Of a stretch of 64,000 nt of DNA, positions 9,713 through 23,120 are shown piece by piece (position 1 is the stretch's first letter; each line of letters begins with the position of its first letter). Origin of the DNA: Hemiscyllium ocellatum (Eukaryota); the NCBI RefSeq assembly GCF_020745735.1, contig NC_083402.1, positions 80,738,004 through 80,802,003 on the forward strand, read 5' to 3'. Both the position numbers and the translations under genes were made by a program. The notes below the pieces were generated by a model. The model did not search any database, had not been told where the DNA came from, and was given only the letters and a program-made list of their open reading frames with translations.

Positions 9713-12630
9713 ATTTTAGGCGATGGTACATTATAATTAAAAATAAATATTTTGAATTCTATCAAGTCTTGACTGTCCAACCCCCTCTGAGCTCACTGAG
9801 CTACATTGGTACCTGGTTGAGCAATGCCTTAATTTTTAAAATTCTCAACATGTTTTCAAATTCCTTCATGGCTTCAACATTTCTATCTCTGTCACTTCAT
9901 TCAGCCTACAATGCTCCAAAAACTGTGTTTCCCCAGTTGTGTCTTTAAGCATTTGCAATTTTAATCACTGATCCACTGGTAGCCATGGGCTAAATACTAA
10001 GCTCTTACATAAACTTCACGATCTATCTTTGTTCCTTTCAGCCATTCCTTAAAACCTATGTCTTTTGATTTTGGTCAATGTTATTTATTACCTCATCATA
10101 GAAGGCAGTCATCTAGCCAATCAAGATTGCATCAGCTCTCTCCAGGGGCAATTTAGATTGTTCCACTCCACTGCCCTTTCCCCTTAATACTACAACTTTT
10201 TTATATGTCATCATATTTAAAGAGATTCATCATCAACATTACCAGTAAACACACCTTTGAAGTGCCTACGGCTAATCACTATTCACATGCACGTAGTTGT
10301 TGAATGCAATTCAAGACTGTATATGTACTGATGCTTATTCCAGGCAGTTTGTTAATGGAAATGAAAAGAATGTATAGCAACTCCAGAATCAGCACTCCAT
10401 TGTAGTACAAAGAGGGTGCTGCATTGTTGGATGCAGTCTTTCACAGAAATGCTAAACTAAAACTAAAGATGCATGTCATATAAATGCAGATGATCACAGA
10501 TTGAAATTTACACAGAGATGGTAACTGCATCCTGAATAAAAGAGTGAGCTTGCCTTCACTTGGCTGGGAAACTCCAAGACAATTTTGCAAATGCTGGGCA
10601 TAAATGAATGAATGGTTTATTGTCACATATATCTTGAAGAGACATTGAAGTGTTTTATCGCCACAATCCAGCTCCAATTTGAGTTACAATAAGAATAGAA
10701 AGAAATTACTTAAATAAGGCTTCACATTTAGTTCAAACTGGAGTATCAAACACAGCTTCAGAGCTTCTGCAAGGTCTTTGCAAGGTGTTCTGATCCTCAA
10801 GCAGTCCCACTCCATGAACAGCAATGACAACACCAATATCTCAAGAGACCTCGGATCTGCTTCCACTGCTGTCTCACCAACACCGCAAGGAGTCCAGTGT
10901 CTGGGCCCGCCGCCACAAGTCCAGATTCATGCCACCAACACTGCAGCTACCGCCCTTCCAACACTACACCATCCTTGAAGATGAAGAAGAAAGGAACAAA
11001 AAAAAACAAGTACATCGAGAAAATGATGCTGCTCGCCTGGAACATATAGACTCTGATCAGCCTGAACACTACCTACTGTGCTGGCATCATCTTGAAAAAA
11101 GCAAATTGGCTCAGATTAGCAGTTGAAGGAAGTCAACCAAGAACAGCAGCTGCTGTTGAGCTACATTAAGTCCTTCTTGATGACCACCAATTGAGCCAGA
11201 CACTCAGCTAAATGTGGGTCAAGGTGGGGTAGATTTACCAGGTCCAGATGGTTTAGGTATAGATCTATGTTCATGAGGACCTGGGGGAGCACATAAGGTG
11301 GGGCTTCCGTTGCAGAATGCATGAACAGTAGTGTCATCTTTCAACCTCCAATAAGGAAGTCAGGTAAAATGTTGTTATGTGACCTGGGGATACCCTCCAT
11401 TAGTAAACTGGCAGCAGCAGAAAACCCTTTAATTGGCTTCTAATTATCCACTGAAAGGCTTCAATAGAACCAACAACAGGTAGATTGCTTGATGTCTTCT
11501 CCAATACTGCCAAACTATCAAAAGAAGTGGATAAGCAGGAGGCACAGTACTCTTACTGTTCCACTTGGTTTTATGATCATCAGTCTGATCCCAATGAGGG
11601 AGGGGGTGTAGGTGTAAAATTCCACAGCTCATACCAGTATTTGAAGAACAGGACCTGTTGTCTTCATGTTTTGCTGTGTATTCTCATCTTGGAACTATTT
11701 AGTTTTCCAAAAATATGCAGTTGGAGTCCACGGTCTATTTATGCAACGACTCTTTATATACAGCTTCACATACATTCTCTTCACAGGAGTTTAGCGCAAC
11801 TGCTCCCTTCCTGACCTCTCTCCCATCTCATGTGACTCTGACATCATTATACATCATCACACATGCTTTGATGTTAACCCCATTACTTTACATTAGCTGG
11901 CATATATCATTCAACAAACACAACAGATTAACTAAGCATTTATTAGATGTGTGGCTTGTAAACTAGTTACCTTATATGTTCAAGTAACAACAGTGAATAC
12001 AGTTCTAAAATAATGAATTGGATATGTAGCTCAGAAGACAAATTGAATGTAAAATGTTGTCTTCTTAACAAACAAGATAATTGTTTTTATGTCCTATTGC
12101 AGTTATAGCATTTTTTTGCTATCAAGTTAAACATAGTCATTAATTTAGCAATAATAATTTTTTCAAGGTATTGCAAAAATCTGACAATATGCTTGTGCAC
12201 GCTAGGTGGCGTAGCCATTGTAAATGCAGGATTACGGCAATTGGGTAAGGGTCTGAGTATGGGTGCGATGCTCTTCAGAGGGTCAGTGAACACTCAATGG
12301 GCCGTATGGCCTTTTTGTGTACTGTGGGGATTCTATGATTGTGATTACTGAATAATAACTGTAAGGTAGCCATTTCAAGAGCCTCATTTATAAAATTAAA
12401 TCCAAAAACATTATGCTGGAAATAGGATGGTGTCAATGTTTAAATATCTAATTGGGACTGGGCCAAAAGTGATATGTGGTTTAAATAATATATCGCAAAT
12501 TGCAAAAGACATGGATGAGGACTGAGCTGTGGTATCTAAGTTAGGAAAGAATAAGCAATACTGTAATAAAATATTAGACTGGAGTTAGATCATAATGGCA
12601 GAAGAAAGCATAAGAAAGTAAGCATAAGAT

Positions 12631-13035
12631 AACATCATCAGTGAGCATATGGTGAAGCACTGGTGTTACATCCTGCTTTCTAGCCAGGCCGCTAGGAATT
12701 CCTGTGCGTGTCTCTGTTTAGCCTATTCTAGGATGGATGTGTGGTCCCAGGTGAAGTTGCCTTCTTGTTCATCTGTATGTAAAGATACTAGTGTCAGTGG
12801 GTCCCATCTTTTGGTGGCTAGTCGGTACATTTAAACAGGAACTCCATCAATAAATACATCGATTTGGACCCCATTTACCAACCTCTGAGGAAGAGAACCA
12901 GAAATGATATCACCCACCTTAAGAGACCAAGACACATAAATAGAAAGCGGGACATAACACCAGCACTTCACCGGAGGCTCACTGATGATGCTACCTTGCA
13001 TGGTGACAAAGCGTCTGAAAACAAACCTTCCAACT
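12631..13035. mobile_element. Rearranged PLE family 3 fragment with internal inversion and decayed hammerhead
   Basis: 12631-12682 is the reverse complement of 12941-12990; minus-strand AKQRHAQEFLAAW and plus-strand SINKYIDLDPIY; tcaCTGATGA...gcgtctga at 12979-13018. Confidence 0.7.
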
Positions 13036-13370
13036 CAAAACTTCCTCATAAGTTCCTCATATGTTAAGCCTTTCATTCTTGGCATCATTCTCATGAAACT
13101 CCGTTGGACCCACTCCAGGGCCAATACATCCTTCCTGAGGTAAGTGGCCCAAAATTGCTCATAATACTCTAAATGTAGTCTGACCAGAGTGTTATAAAGC
13201 CTCAAAACTACATTCTTGCTTTTATATTCTCGTCCTCTCGAGATGAAAGACAACATTGTATTTGTCTTCCTAATTACTGACTCAGCCTGTAAGTTTACCT
13301 GATGAGAACTCTGGACTAGGACTCCCAGATACCTTTGCACTTCAGATTTCTGAATTGTCTCCCCCTTAAG
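13036..13370 (-). mobile_element. CR1-type LINE ORF2 fragment
   Basis: ORF 13035..13481: LSFISRGREYKS...LYNTLVRLHLEY...QRSFMRMMP. Confidence 0.85.
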
Positions 13371-14447
13371 AGCTAAGATGTTAGGACTTACAACAATACT
13401 GCTGTCTGAATGAGGAAAATATGTCTCTTTAGAAGTGATTGGTTTGGAAAACAAGACCTCGGGTTCAATGGAGATGGCCATGCCATCTGATCATGTCAGC
13501 CAAGAAAATTTGGAGTCCTGCAAGACAGGGCTATGGAGTGCCATTGAGGAGGGAAGAAATATGAGGATTGTCCTTGGAAGTTTTGAACAGGACAGGATTG
13601 GACCAGGGAGTGAATGTCAGAGGTCTGACTACAGTTTGTAGAAATTGTAGGGTATACTCAGAAATTAAAATAAAAATTATTTTTAAAATTTTGATTATGT
13701 GAGAAGGAAGATAATATCAAGCAGGAGTTGAAGTGATTAACTTATAAGAACTCCTTGGCATAGGGTAATGCAGGAGATTGCTCATTCATATCTATAGCCA
13801 CAAAAAGGTAATTGACAAAGAACAACTACCACAATCTACTTCACTAGAGAATGGCTAAAACAAAAAGCCAGATGATTAAAAACTGAATTATAATTCTAGA
13901 CTCCGCTTCGGACTATTCTGGATCCCACATGTTCTTCAGATGACCTTTCTCACTTCGGTTTAAGAATACAGACCCTTCTGTCACTTAGGCAGGTCCAAAG
14001 AACTTAATTAACTCTCTCTGAAGGAATCAGCTAAGAATATTACTGTTCTCCAAAGAGCCTTTTTAACAAGTTTTAACCAGCTTATTAAAAACTGTATATT
14101 AGTATCCAGACAACTCTCCTCAATACTGTAACTCTCCAATGAAACATGTATGAAAATGCGCTCGAATTTGGAAATGGAAGACTATATGACACAATATATT
14201 CTTTTGAAATGATACAGAAGGTTATTGAAGAACTGAACACGCATTTCACATTTATTGGGAAGTTAATCACAGTATTGACAGTTCTCAGAGAATGAAGTAT
14301 AATTTTGTTTCTTCCAGAGAATGTAAGTTTACTAAATGTTACAGCTATTAATGAAATCTGCCAACATTTACACAGCATTTACATGGAAAGAAATGTACTG
14401 TGTTTAGCGAGATAGTTCTATCCTAATGAAGAGAAGAGGCATTATTG

Positions 14448-14497
14448 TTACATTACAGCAGCAAGACCTCTACTATGTGCTGGTGTGAATCTCTTAT
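14448..14497 (-). CDS. NMRK1: Candidate NMRK1 terminal coding exon (D-KRFTPAHSRGLAAVM*)
   Basis: tatttttcag acceptor; read in the required phase it reaches TAA at 14448-14450; minus-strand AATAAA at 14251-14256. No homology support. An alternative near 15104-15121 (V-QSYK*, AATAAA at 15054-15059) has a weaker acceptor. Confidence 0.4.
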
Positions 14498-16034
14498 CTG
14501 AAAAATACCTGAGTGATTCCTATTTTCATACCAGAAGAATGAAGCAGCAGGAAGCTCATGAGCACACTGCTAGTGAGCATCATTTGTACTAACCCATCAT
14601 GCTTTCCATAATCATGTTCATCGTTTTCAGAAAACTGCTTTGTGTTAGGATATGAACACAATAAGCACTGGATTATTGTGTATTTTCTTTTATATAAGCA
14701 CAGGATGTTCTACTGGAGGAGCACCAAGTTTTCCCAGACCAGATTTTTACCAAACCAGATGAAGTCAGCTTTTATCCTTAAAACATAGGACAAGCATTTT
14801 CTAATCTATTATAGTATCTTATAGCCTCTAATTATACCTGGATTTCTTTACAATTATTGATACAGGTAAATAGAGAATTTGAATGATTAGTATGAACCTA
14901 CGTTGGAAAATCATATAAACGTTTATAGAGTCATATAGCATAGAAACAGACCCTTCGGTCCACCATGGTTATACTGACCAACAGGACGTGAAATTGAGAG
15001 TAATGAGGCATTCAAATGTAACATTTTAACGTACAGATTGTTGCAAAGCTTTGTTTATTCACATTCCAATGCAGTTTCTGGATTTCCACCAAATCTCCTT
15101 CAGTTCATTTGTAGCTCTGTACTGAAAGTCATTTGTCCGCTAGAATCTTCAATTTTTCAATATCCTGTTTCGATGGTGTCATTTTGTCAGCATCTATCAA
15201 TAGGACAGAACCATCAAAAACATTTATTATGATCCATTCAGTGAAAGATAGATTGATTTTACACTCCCAAAACAGCAAGATTCTACCATGTGGTATAGAA
15301 TACTGATTAAAGCAAGCTGCTTAAATAGATCGAAGCATAAGGCCATCAGGAGAGAGACTTCTTAGTATTAAATTAATAAATTGCATTTGCAAATAATGTT
15401 GGTCAGAGCATTCTGCCTAGAACGATGTGCAGGCAACATTTTTTTTTTGAAAGCCAAATGGATGATGCATACACATTATTCAAGCCATTTCAAAATCTAG
15501 TGGTGAAGAAAATGTCATTTTTAAAAGCTAAGATAGAAGTTATCCTTCCCTTTACTCATAGCCCATTGTAGCACCACCAGCTCTTTAAAAGAGTTATCCA
15601 ATTATTGAAAACCTCCTGCCCTCCTCTGGAGCCGTGCAAACCTTCCCTTCAAGAACTTCATTGACTTCCTTTCTAAATTTGTTAATAAACATTGTTGAAT
15701 TATTCCACCCTCTTTTCTGACAATGCATTCTAAAACATATAGCGTAAACTTTTCACCCTGTCTGGTTTTTTTTGCTAAATACCTTAAAGTTGAGTCCTTT
15801 GACCAGTGGAAATATTTTTCTTTATTTACACCATCAAAATGCTTAATCATTTTGACGCCAGTAGATGTCCCCCTAATCTTCTTCATTTTAAGAAGAGAAA
15901 CCTCAGCTTATCTATCTCTTCAAATAAATTAAGTCCCAAATTACTAGTACCATTCAAGTTAATCCTCTCTGACCCCATACCAAGGCCTTCAAATCCTTCT
16001 TAAAAGTGAGATATCCAGAATTGAACTCAATTAT

Positions 16035-16450
16035 AGAGTTATAAAGTCATAGAGATGTACAGCATGGAAACAGACCCTTCGGTCCAACCTGTCCATGCCA
16101 ACCAGATATCCCAACCCACTCTAGTCCCACCTGCCAGCAACCAGCCCATATCCCTCCAAACCCTTCCTATTCATATACCCATCCAAATGCCTCTTAAATG
16201 TTGCAATTGTACCAGCTTCCTCTGTCAGCTTATTCCATACACGTACCATTCTGTGTGTGAAAAAGTTGCCCCTTAGGTCTCTTTTATATCTTACCCCCTC
16301 ACCCTAAACCTATGCCCTCTAGTTCTGGACTCCCCGACCCCAGGGAAAAGACTTTGCCTATTTACCCTATCCATGCCCCCCATAATTTTGTAAACCTCTA
16401 TAAGGTCACTCCGCAGCCTCCGACGCTCCAAGGAAAACAGCCCCAGCCTA
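16035..16450 (-). mobile_element. CR1/HER1-like LINE 3' end
   Basis: gtcatagagatgtacagcatggaaacagacccttcggtccaa tail shared with copies at 24780, 41370, 47805 and 53030. Confidence 0.85.
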
Positions 16451-16690
16451 ATGGCTGACCAATGACTTCAGAAATTCTTTGTATAATTTCACTATTATTG
16501 TATTCTATGCCTCTGTTTATAAAGTCAAAGATCCCATGTGTTTATCTATCAGCTTGTCCTATGTCCAAATGTTTCTATGGACAAAACCTCAGTCTTGCTG
16601 CTGCACTCATTTCAAAATTAAAACATTTAGCTTCTGTTGTGTCGTTTTTTTATAGACAGAAGCAGGAACCACAAGGAAAAAAAAACTGAC

Positions 16691-16774
16691 CTTGGAGTTT
16701 CTGAACTTGTCTTAAAATTTCTTCATGCACTTGTGCGAACAGGACCTCTGGGGGTTTTGTTCCATCCAAGTAGA
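16691..16774 (-). CDS. NMRK1: NMRK1 coding exon 7 (IYLDGTKPPEVLFAQVHEEILRQVQKLQ)
   Basis: ttttgcctcag|TC TAC TTG GAT GGA ACA AAA...CAA G|gtcag; 84 nt; YLDGTK motif. Confidence 0.93.
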
Positions 16775-18429
16775 CTGAGGCAAAAAAAAACTTGCATCAT
16801 TTGATGCTTCTGATGACCAAATCTGTAATTTTTAGTTACAGTAATTTCTCATAAACATGAGCCAAAAATATACAAAATACTACAAATGCCAAAAGCCTCA
16901 AAAAAAAGGAGGTGCCAAATGTGAAATGAGCATTTAATATGATAAATAACACAAATATATCACAAATTACTTATTAATTACTGAAAAAAATCAATTATTT
17001 TCACACATCAAAACATTTCAAGTCCCACATTTCCAATAAGTCTGGATATTAAGGAGGCATTTGAAATGACAGGTAGGTTCCAATTTTGGAAGTTCCATTC
17101 CTGTCCTAGCAAGTTTTACTGGTGTGAGATATGAGTATGAAGACTCAGCCCATATGCAGCTATCTTGCCTTTCCTGGCTCCATTATGGAATGTATGGTTC
17201 AGACTCCTCTACAATTTTGGTGCAGGTAGACTCCTTCAATAACCAGGAAAGATGCACAGTCTCTCTGAGAAATTGCAAACCACAGAAAATCCTAGTCTTG
17301 AGTCACCAATTTAAAAAAACTGGAATTTATTGCTTCTCTTTTTTTCTCATAACAATCAATCAAATGTTATCAATGTCAGAAATTTCTCTCCACTTTACAC
17401 CTTTTAAACACTCTTATATTTTAATCAGTAAAATTTGATCTAGTTTGTGTGTTTATCTACATAAGATTAACAAGTGCAAAGTGGAGACAAACTTCTGATA
17501 TTAGACTATGAATGCTGTAACTGATTGACAGCTTTATGAGAAGAGAATAAATGAGAATACTGAATTTGTGCTTTTTTAATTCATACTTACAACAGATTGT
17601 AAGCTAAACAGTTTTTTTCAGTTTTCAAAGTCTTTATTTTATGTACAGGATAATTTCAAAGACTTGTTAGTGGTTTATTGGTTCTGTTCTGGATACTGGG
17701 AGAGGGTGAGGGAGGATGCTTATGTGACATGAAAATGGTATGGGAGTGATGAGGGTCATCAAGGATATGAAGGAACATGGAGGAGGCAAAGGAGACCAAA
17801 GGTTTTGGGAATAAGAGGGCATGTGGCAGGGGGACATTCAGGAGGAGCGTGGGGGTTAGGTGGAGGTTCAGAGGAGGTAAAGGGTAAGGTGTGAGGGATG
17901 ATCATAATGATTACAACTGAGTTTATTGCCTAATAAACAGGCACAGACCTTCGAGTACACCAGCCTTGCCATCCATCTGCCTCTGCTGCATCTCTGTGCC
18001 TGACCCCAGAGATCTTGAGAACTGATTCCATTCCATTTTCACTTCGCCAGAATGAAATTTTGGCAGATGAGGGCTTCTTTATTGGAATTAATTTACAGAA
18101 TTGAGTTTTCCCCGATGACAGTCCTTCACAAAAATCTTCCCTAGTTTGTGTTCATCATAACAATTACAGCCAAGGATAGAATTAGGTTTATGTAAATTCA
18201 TTCTTTATAATGTTTTGTTCTTATAAGAATTAATATATATATATATCATTTTGGTTGAAAGATTGCTTTAATCTTTTTTACAATTATTATTTCGAAAATT
18301 CTGAATGGCAGTATAAGTACTTTGAAATTAAAATTGGAGGCATTCTGGCTATCAATTGTCCTTCACAAGAATGAATCATGCTTAAGTCAGAAAATAACTA
18401 CAAATGTAAATGAAAGTGAAAAAATGTAC

Positions 18430-18536
18430 TTATGTCAGACACTTTCTCTTCCATTTCCTTTCTATTTTTGAGGTACATTGGCCACACATGTCCATCAAAG
18501 TTGCCAGGTGGATCTGGTGGATCATAGATTCTTAAA
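18430..18536 (-). CDS. NMRK1: NMRK1 coding exon 6 (C-LRIYDPPDPPGNFDGHVWPMYLKNRKEMEEKVSDI)
   Basis: ctatttag|T TTA AGA...GAC ATA A|gtacat; 107 nt; FDGHVWPMY motif; follows an 82-nt intron. Confidence 0.95.
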
Positions 18537-18618
18537 CTAAATAGAAAGATTCTGTTTACATCAAATTTGATCATTTGATGATAATAACCAGTTTAAAATA
18601 ATTTAAATCCTTTCTTAC

Positions 18619-18690
18619 CATCTTCTTCTCTTACATTCTTCATATGGAATGGACAGATAGTAACGTAGGTTAAAAACATCATTTAAGGGC
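18619..18690 (-). CDS. NMRK1: NMRK1 coding exon 5 ([23 protein letters not shown])
   Basis: tttttag|G CCC TTA...AGA AGA TG|gtaag; 72 nt; [10 protein letters not shown] motif. Confidence 0.95.
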
Positions 18691-19123
18691 CTAAAAACAT
18701 ATATCGGTATGTAAAGCACTATACAGCAATATACATTTTTACATATATATAGTGACTGAATACAGGTTGTACAACATCCCTATCTAAACTGGGAAAGGTC
18801 TACTGAAACAATCAGTTCTGAGTTAATTTGAACGGGAATGGTAGAATTTAGAAAAATATCCACTTTCTTGCATTCATTTACTTTTGGGCCTTAGCAGTTG
18901 ATAAGAGTAAGGAAAACTGAACTTGCACTGCACACTGTTGTTGCTAAACCAGTTCATGCTACCATATTTTATGCATTGCCACTAGCAAGACTTTGAGGAG
19001 TTCAATAATTTTCTTATAGCCCCCAGTTAATCCATAGGTCCTACATAATAACTTAGTAAAAATATAAGACAAATAATTACATATTGGAACCAACTGAATT
19101 TTTTCAAGTTCCAGCAAACATAC

Positions 19124-19277
19124 CTATAATTGTAAAGGAGGAAACCTTCCACTATTAGGATGTTGACTTTGTTCACTGATAAATCCGGAAATGCTTGTAC
19201 AGGATGTACAATAGGTATGTTCTCCATCCAGACATAAACTGAATTCATCATTGCTTCCATGTCCAAAGCTGTGATAA
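19124..19277 (-). CDS. NMRK1: NMRK1 coding exon 4 (VITALDMEAMM...ILIVEGFLLYNY-R)
   Basis: ttttttag|TT ATC ACA GCT...TAT AG|gtatg; 154 nt; contains the EGFLL motif (human Glu98 equivalent); ORF 19027..19266. Confidence 0.95.
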
Positions 19278-20157
19278 CTAAAAAATAATTGTGCCTGATG
19301 AGAAACGACTGCCCTTAGAATGAACATGCTCACTGATGTAACAAAATATTAATGTGACAGGTGTTGATGCACACATATATACATTTTTATTACTTGTATT
19401 TTAGAGCTATATTTCCAGCAGAAGCTTGCTGATTTGAATTCCAATATTATCATCATTTTACTTAGAGCATAAATAGAGTCAAGAGTTAAACCTGTTCTCA
19501 TTCAAAGGACTGAAGGAATATTACGTCCTGGTACAACACTTCAAATCTGTAGGTAAAAACAATGACTGCAGATACTGGAATGGAAGAAGGGAAATCAAAA
19601 AGGTTTGGAGAAATTGAAGGAGAAAAGAAACTGGAAGCATCCTCACAGAACTGGCAGGAGACTCACATTGATTAAATTCCAATTTCCTGCCATATCCCCA
19701 TTACTGTGCTAACTGTTTGTATTTAAATAATCATCAATGTCCTCTTGAATAACTTAATTAAACTTGCCTCACCACACTTCCAGACTATGGACCACTTCCT
19801 GTGTGAAAAAGCTTTTCTCGAAACTTTTTGCTTCTTTTCCAAAATGTCTCTCAAGTCCTTTTCCAATGAATCCACTGTTCATTTTCTCTTCATTTCTGGG
19901 AGCTGATCTTCTGAAAGCATAGCATCAGCAAAGCACTATTCCTAAACTTTCAACAACTCAAAGCTTCAAATTGTCCTGTCAAGCTCACAATTTAGTCTCT
20001 TTAGGCCCCTCATGATTTGTTTTAAATGTATATATTTATTGAAAAATGTTTTCACTCTTTTCCAAAAAACAAACCAAAAAGTTATAAAAAGTACACAAGT
20101 AGAGAAAAGTAAAAACAATATTGTACTCATATATTACAGTAACATTGACAATAAACT

Positions 20158-22802
20158 AGGTCAAAACAATGACTGCAGATGCTGGAAACCAGATTCTGGA
20201 TCAGTGGTGCTGGAAGAGCACAGCAGTTCAGGTAGCATCCAACGAGCAGCGAAATCGATGTTTTGGGCAAAAGCCCTTCATCAGGAATACAGGCAGTGAG
20301 CCGGAAGCATGGAAAGATAAGCTAGGGGAGGGGAGAGAGTAGCATAGAGTAGAATGGGCGAGTGGGGGAGGAGATGAAAGTGATCAGTCAGGGAGGAGAG
20401 GGTGGAGTGGATAGGTGGAAAAGGAGCTAGGCAGGTCGGACAAGTCCGAACAAGTCATGGGGACAGTACTGAGCTGGAAGTTTGAAACTAGGATGAGGTG
20501 AGGGAAGGGGAAATTAGGAAGCTGCTGAAGTCTACATTGATGCCTGGGGTTGAAGTGTTACTAGGCGAAAGAGGAGGCGTTCTTCCTCCAGGCGTGTGGT
20601 GGTGAGGGAGCAGCGGTGAAGGAGGCCCAGGACCTCCATGTCCTCGGCAGAGTGGGAGAGGGAGTTGAAATGTTGGGCCACGGGGCGGTATGGTTGATTG
20701 GTGCGAATATCTCGGAGATGTTCCCTAAAGCGCTCTGCTAGGAGGCGCCCAGTCTCCGCAACGTAGAGGAGACCGCATCGGGAGCAACGGATACAATAAA
20801 TGATATTAGTGAATGTGCAAGTAAAACCTTGATGGATGTGGAAGGTTCCAATAGGGCCTTGGATAGAGGTGAGGGAGGAGGTGTGGACACAGGTTTTACA
20901 GTTCCTGTGGTGGCAGGGGAAAGTGTCAGGATGGGAGGGTGGGTCGTAGGGGGGCGTGGACCTGACCAGGTAGTCACGGAGGGAACGGTCTTTGCAGAAG
21001 GCAGAAAGGTGTGGGGAGGGAAATATATCCCTGGTGATTGGGGTCTTTTTGGAGGTGGCGGATATGTCGACGGATGGTTTGGTTTATGCGAAGGTTTGTA
21101 GGGTGGAAGGTGAGCACCTGGGACATTCTGTCTTGTTAAGGTTGGAGGGGTGTGGTCAGAGGGCGGAAGTGCGGATGTGGACGAGATGCGTTGGAGGGCA
21201 TCTTTAACCATGTGAGAAGGGAAATTGCAGTCTCTAAAGAAGGAGGCCATCTGGTGTGTTCTATGGTGGAACTGGTTCTCCTGGGAGCAGATACGGCGGA
21301 GGCGGAGGAATTGGGAATACGGGAAGGCATTTTTGCAAGAGATAGGGTGGGAAGAGGTGTAACCCAGCTATGCCTGTTTCTTTGTTGGCTACGTAGAACA
21401 GTTGATCTTCCGTAATTACACCGGCACCACTCCCCACCTCTTCCTCCGCTTCATTGATGACTGCATTGGCGCCACCTCGTACTCCCGCGAGGAGGTTGAG
21501 CAATTCATCAACTTCACCAACACATTCCACCCTGACCTTAAATTTACCTGGATCATCTCTGACACCTCCCTCCCCTTCCTGGACCTCTCCATCTCCATTA
21601 ATGACGACCAACTTGATACTAACATTTTTTACAAACCCACCGACTCCCACAGCTACCTGGTTACACCTCTTCCCACCCTATCTCTTGCAAAAATGCCATC
21701 CCGTATTCCCAATTCCTCTGCCTCCGCCATATCTGCTCCCAGGAGAACCAGTTCCACCATAGAACACACCAGATGGCCTCCTTCTTTAGAGACTGCAATT
21801 TCCCTTCCCACGTGGTTAAAGATGCCCTCCAACGCATCTCGTCCACATCCCGCACCTCCGCCTTCAGACCACACCCCTCCAACCGTAACAAGGACAGAAC
21901 GCCCCTGGTGCTCACCTTCCACCCTACAAACCTTCGCATAAACCAAATCATCCATCGACTTTTCCGCCACCTCCAAAAAGACCCCACCACCAGGGATATA
22001 TTTCCCTCCCCACCCTTTTCCGCAAAGACCATTCCCTCCGTGACTACCTGGTCAGGTCCACGCCCCCCTACGACCCATCCTCCCATCCTGGCGCTTTCCC
22101 CTGCCACCGCAGAAACTGTAAAACCTGCGCCCACACCTCCTCCTTCACCTCTATCCAAGGCCCTAAAGGAGCCTTCCACATCCATCTAAGTTTTACCTGC
22201 ACATCCACTAATATCATTTATTGTATCCGTTGCTCCCGATGCAGTCTCCTCTACATTGCGGAGACTGGGCGCCTCCTAGCAGAGCGCTTTAGGGAACATC
22301 TCCGGGACACCCGCACCAATCAACCACACCGCCCCGTGGCCCAACATTTCAACTCCCCCTCCCACTCTGCCGAGGACATGGAAGTCCTGGGCCTCCTTCA
22401 CTGCCGTTCCCTCACCACCACACGCCTGGAGGAAGAACACCTCATCTTCCACCTCGGAACATTCAACCCCAGGGCATCAATGTAGACTTCAACAGCTTCC
22501 TCATTTCCCCTTCCCCCACCTCATCACTATCCCCATGACTTGTTTGGACTTGTCCGACCTGCCTATCTCCTTTTCCACCTATCCACTCCAACCTCTCCTC
22601 CTTGACCTATCACCTTCATCTCCACCCCCACTCACCCATTGTACTCTATGCTACTCTCTCCCCACCCCCACCCTCCCCTAGCTTATCTCTCCATGCTTCC
22701 GGCTCACTTCCTTTATTCCTGATGAAGGGCTTTTGCCCGAAACATCAATTTCGCTGCTCGTTGGATGCTGCCTGAACTGCTGTGCTCTTCCAGCACCACT
22801 GA
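20158..22802. mobile_element. Large fold-back PLE insertion (minus copy 20158-21362, plus copy 21363-22802)
   Basis: ~1.15-kb inverted arms (about 20200-21362 vs 21661-22802); RT motif FLRFIDD in the spacer; GIY-YIG region in both arms; TSD attgacaataaact at 20144-20157 and 22802-22815; mutated hammerheads at 20252-20288 and 22715-22750. Confidence 0.9.
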
Positions 22803-23120
22803 TTGACAATAAACTGCCTACTATTCTTCAAGATACAGTTGACTCATATTTATTTAACTTTAACCAAATTAGCATAAGCTCAAATTAAATAAAATAACAT
22901 TAGATTAAATTACACTATATTGTACTATATTACATTAATCCAATTGGCGTATCTCCATCAAGGCTCCCATCCATGGGAGCAACAGTTATTGTACCTGTAT
23001 TTACTAGCCCCTACCCCATCCCAGGGTCCCCGGACCACCACATATAGCCCTCCTGGCTATATAGAGGCCCTAATCAGTACTGCAGACAGATCCATGTCTA
23101 TGAAATTTAGAAAGGGCCGC

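Noticed and set aside
10680-11900. Possible Harbinger/Myb-like transposon relic (similar texture at 33340-34800)
   Set aside because: No diagnostic motif could be read with confidence; needs a profile-HMM search.
21359-21366. Apparent frameshift shared by both arms of the large inverted PLE (ggttacacc)
   Set aside because: The match is explained by the junction with the plus copy starting cccagctatgcc, so it is not evidence of a shared mutation.
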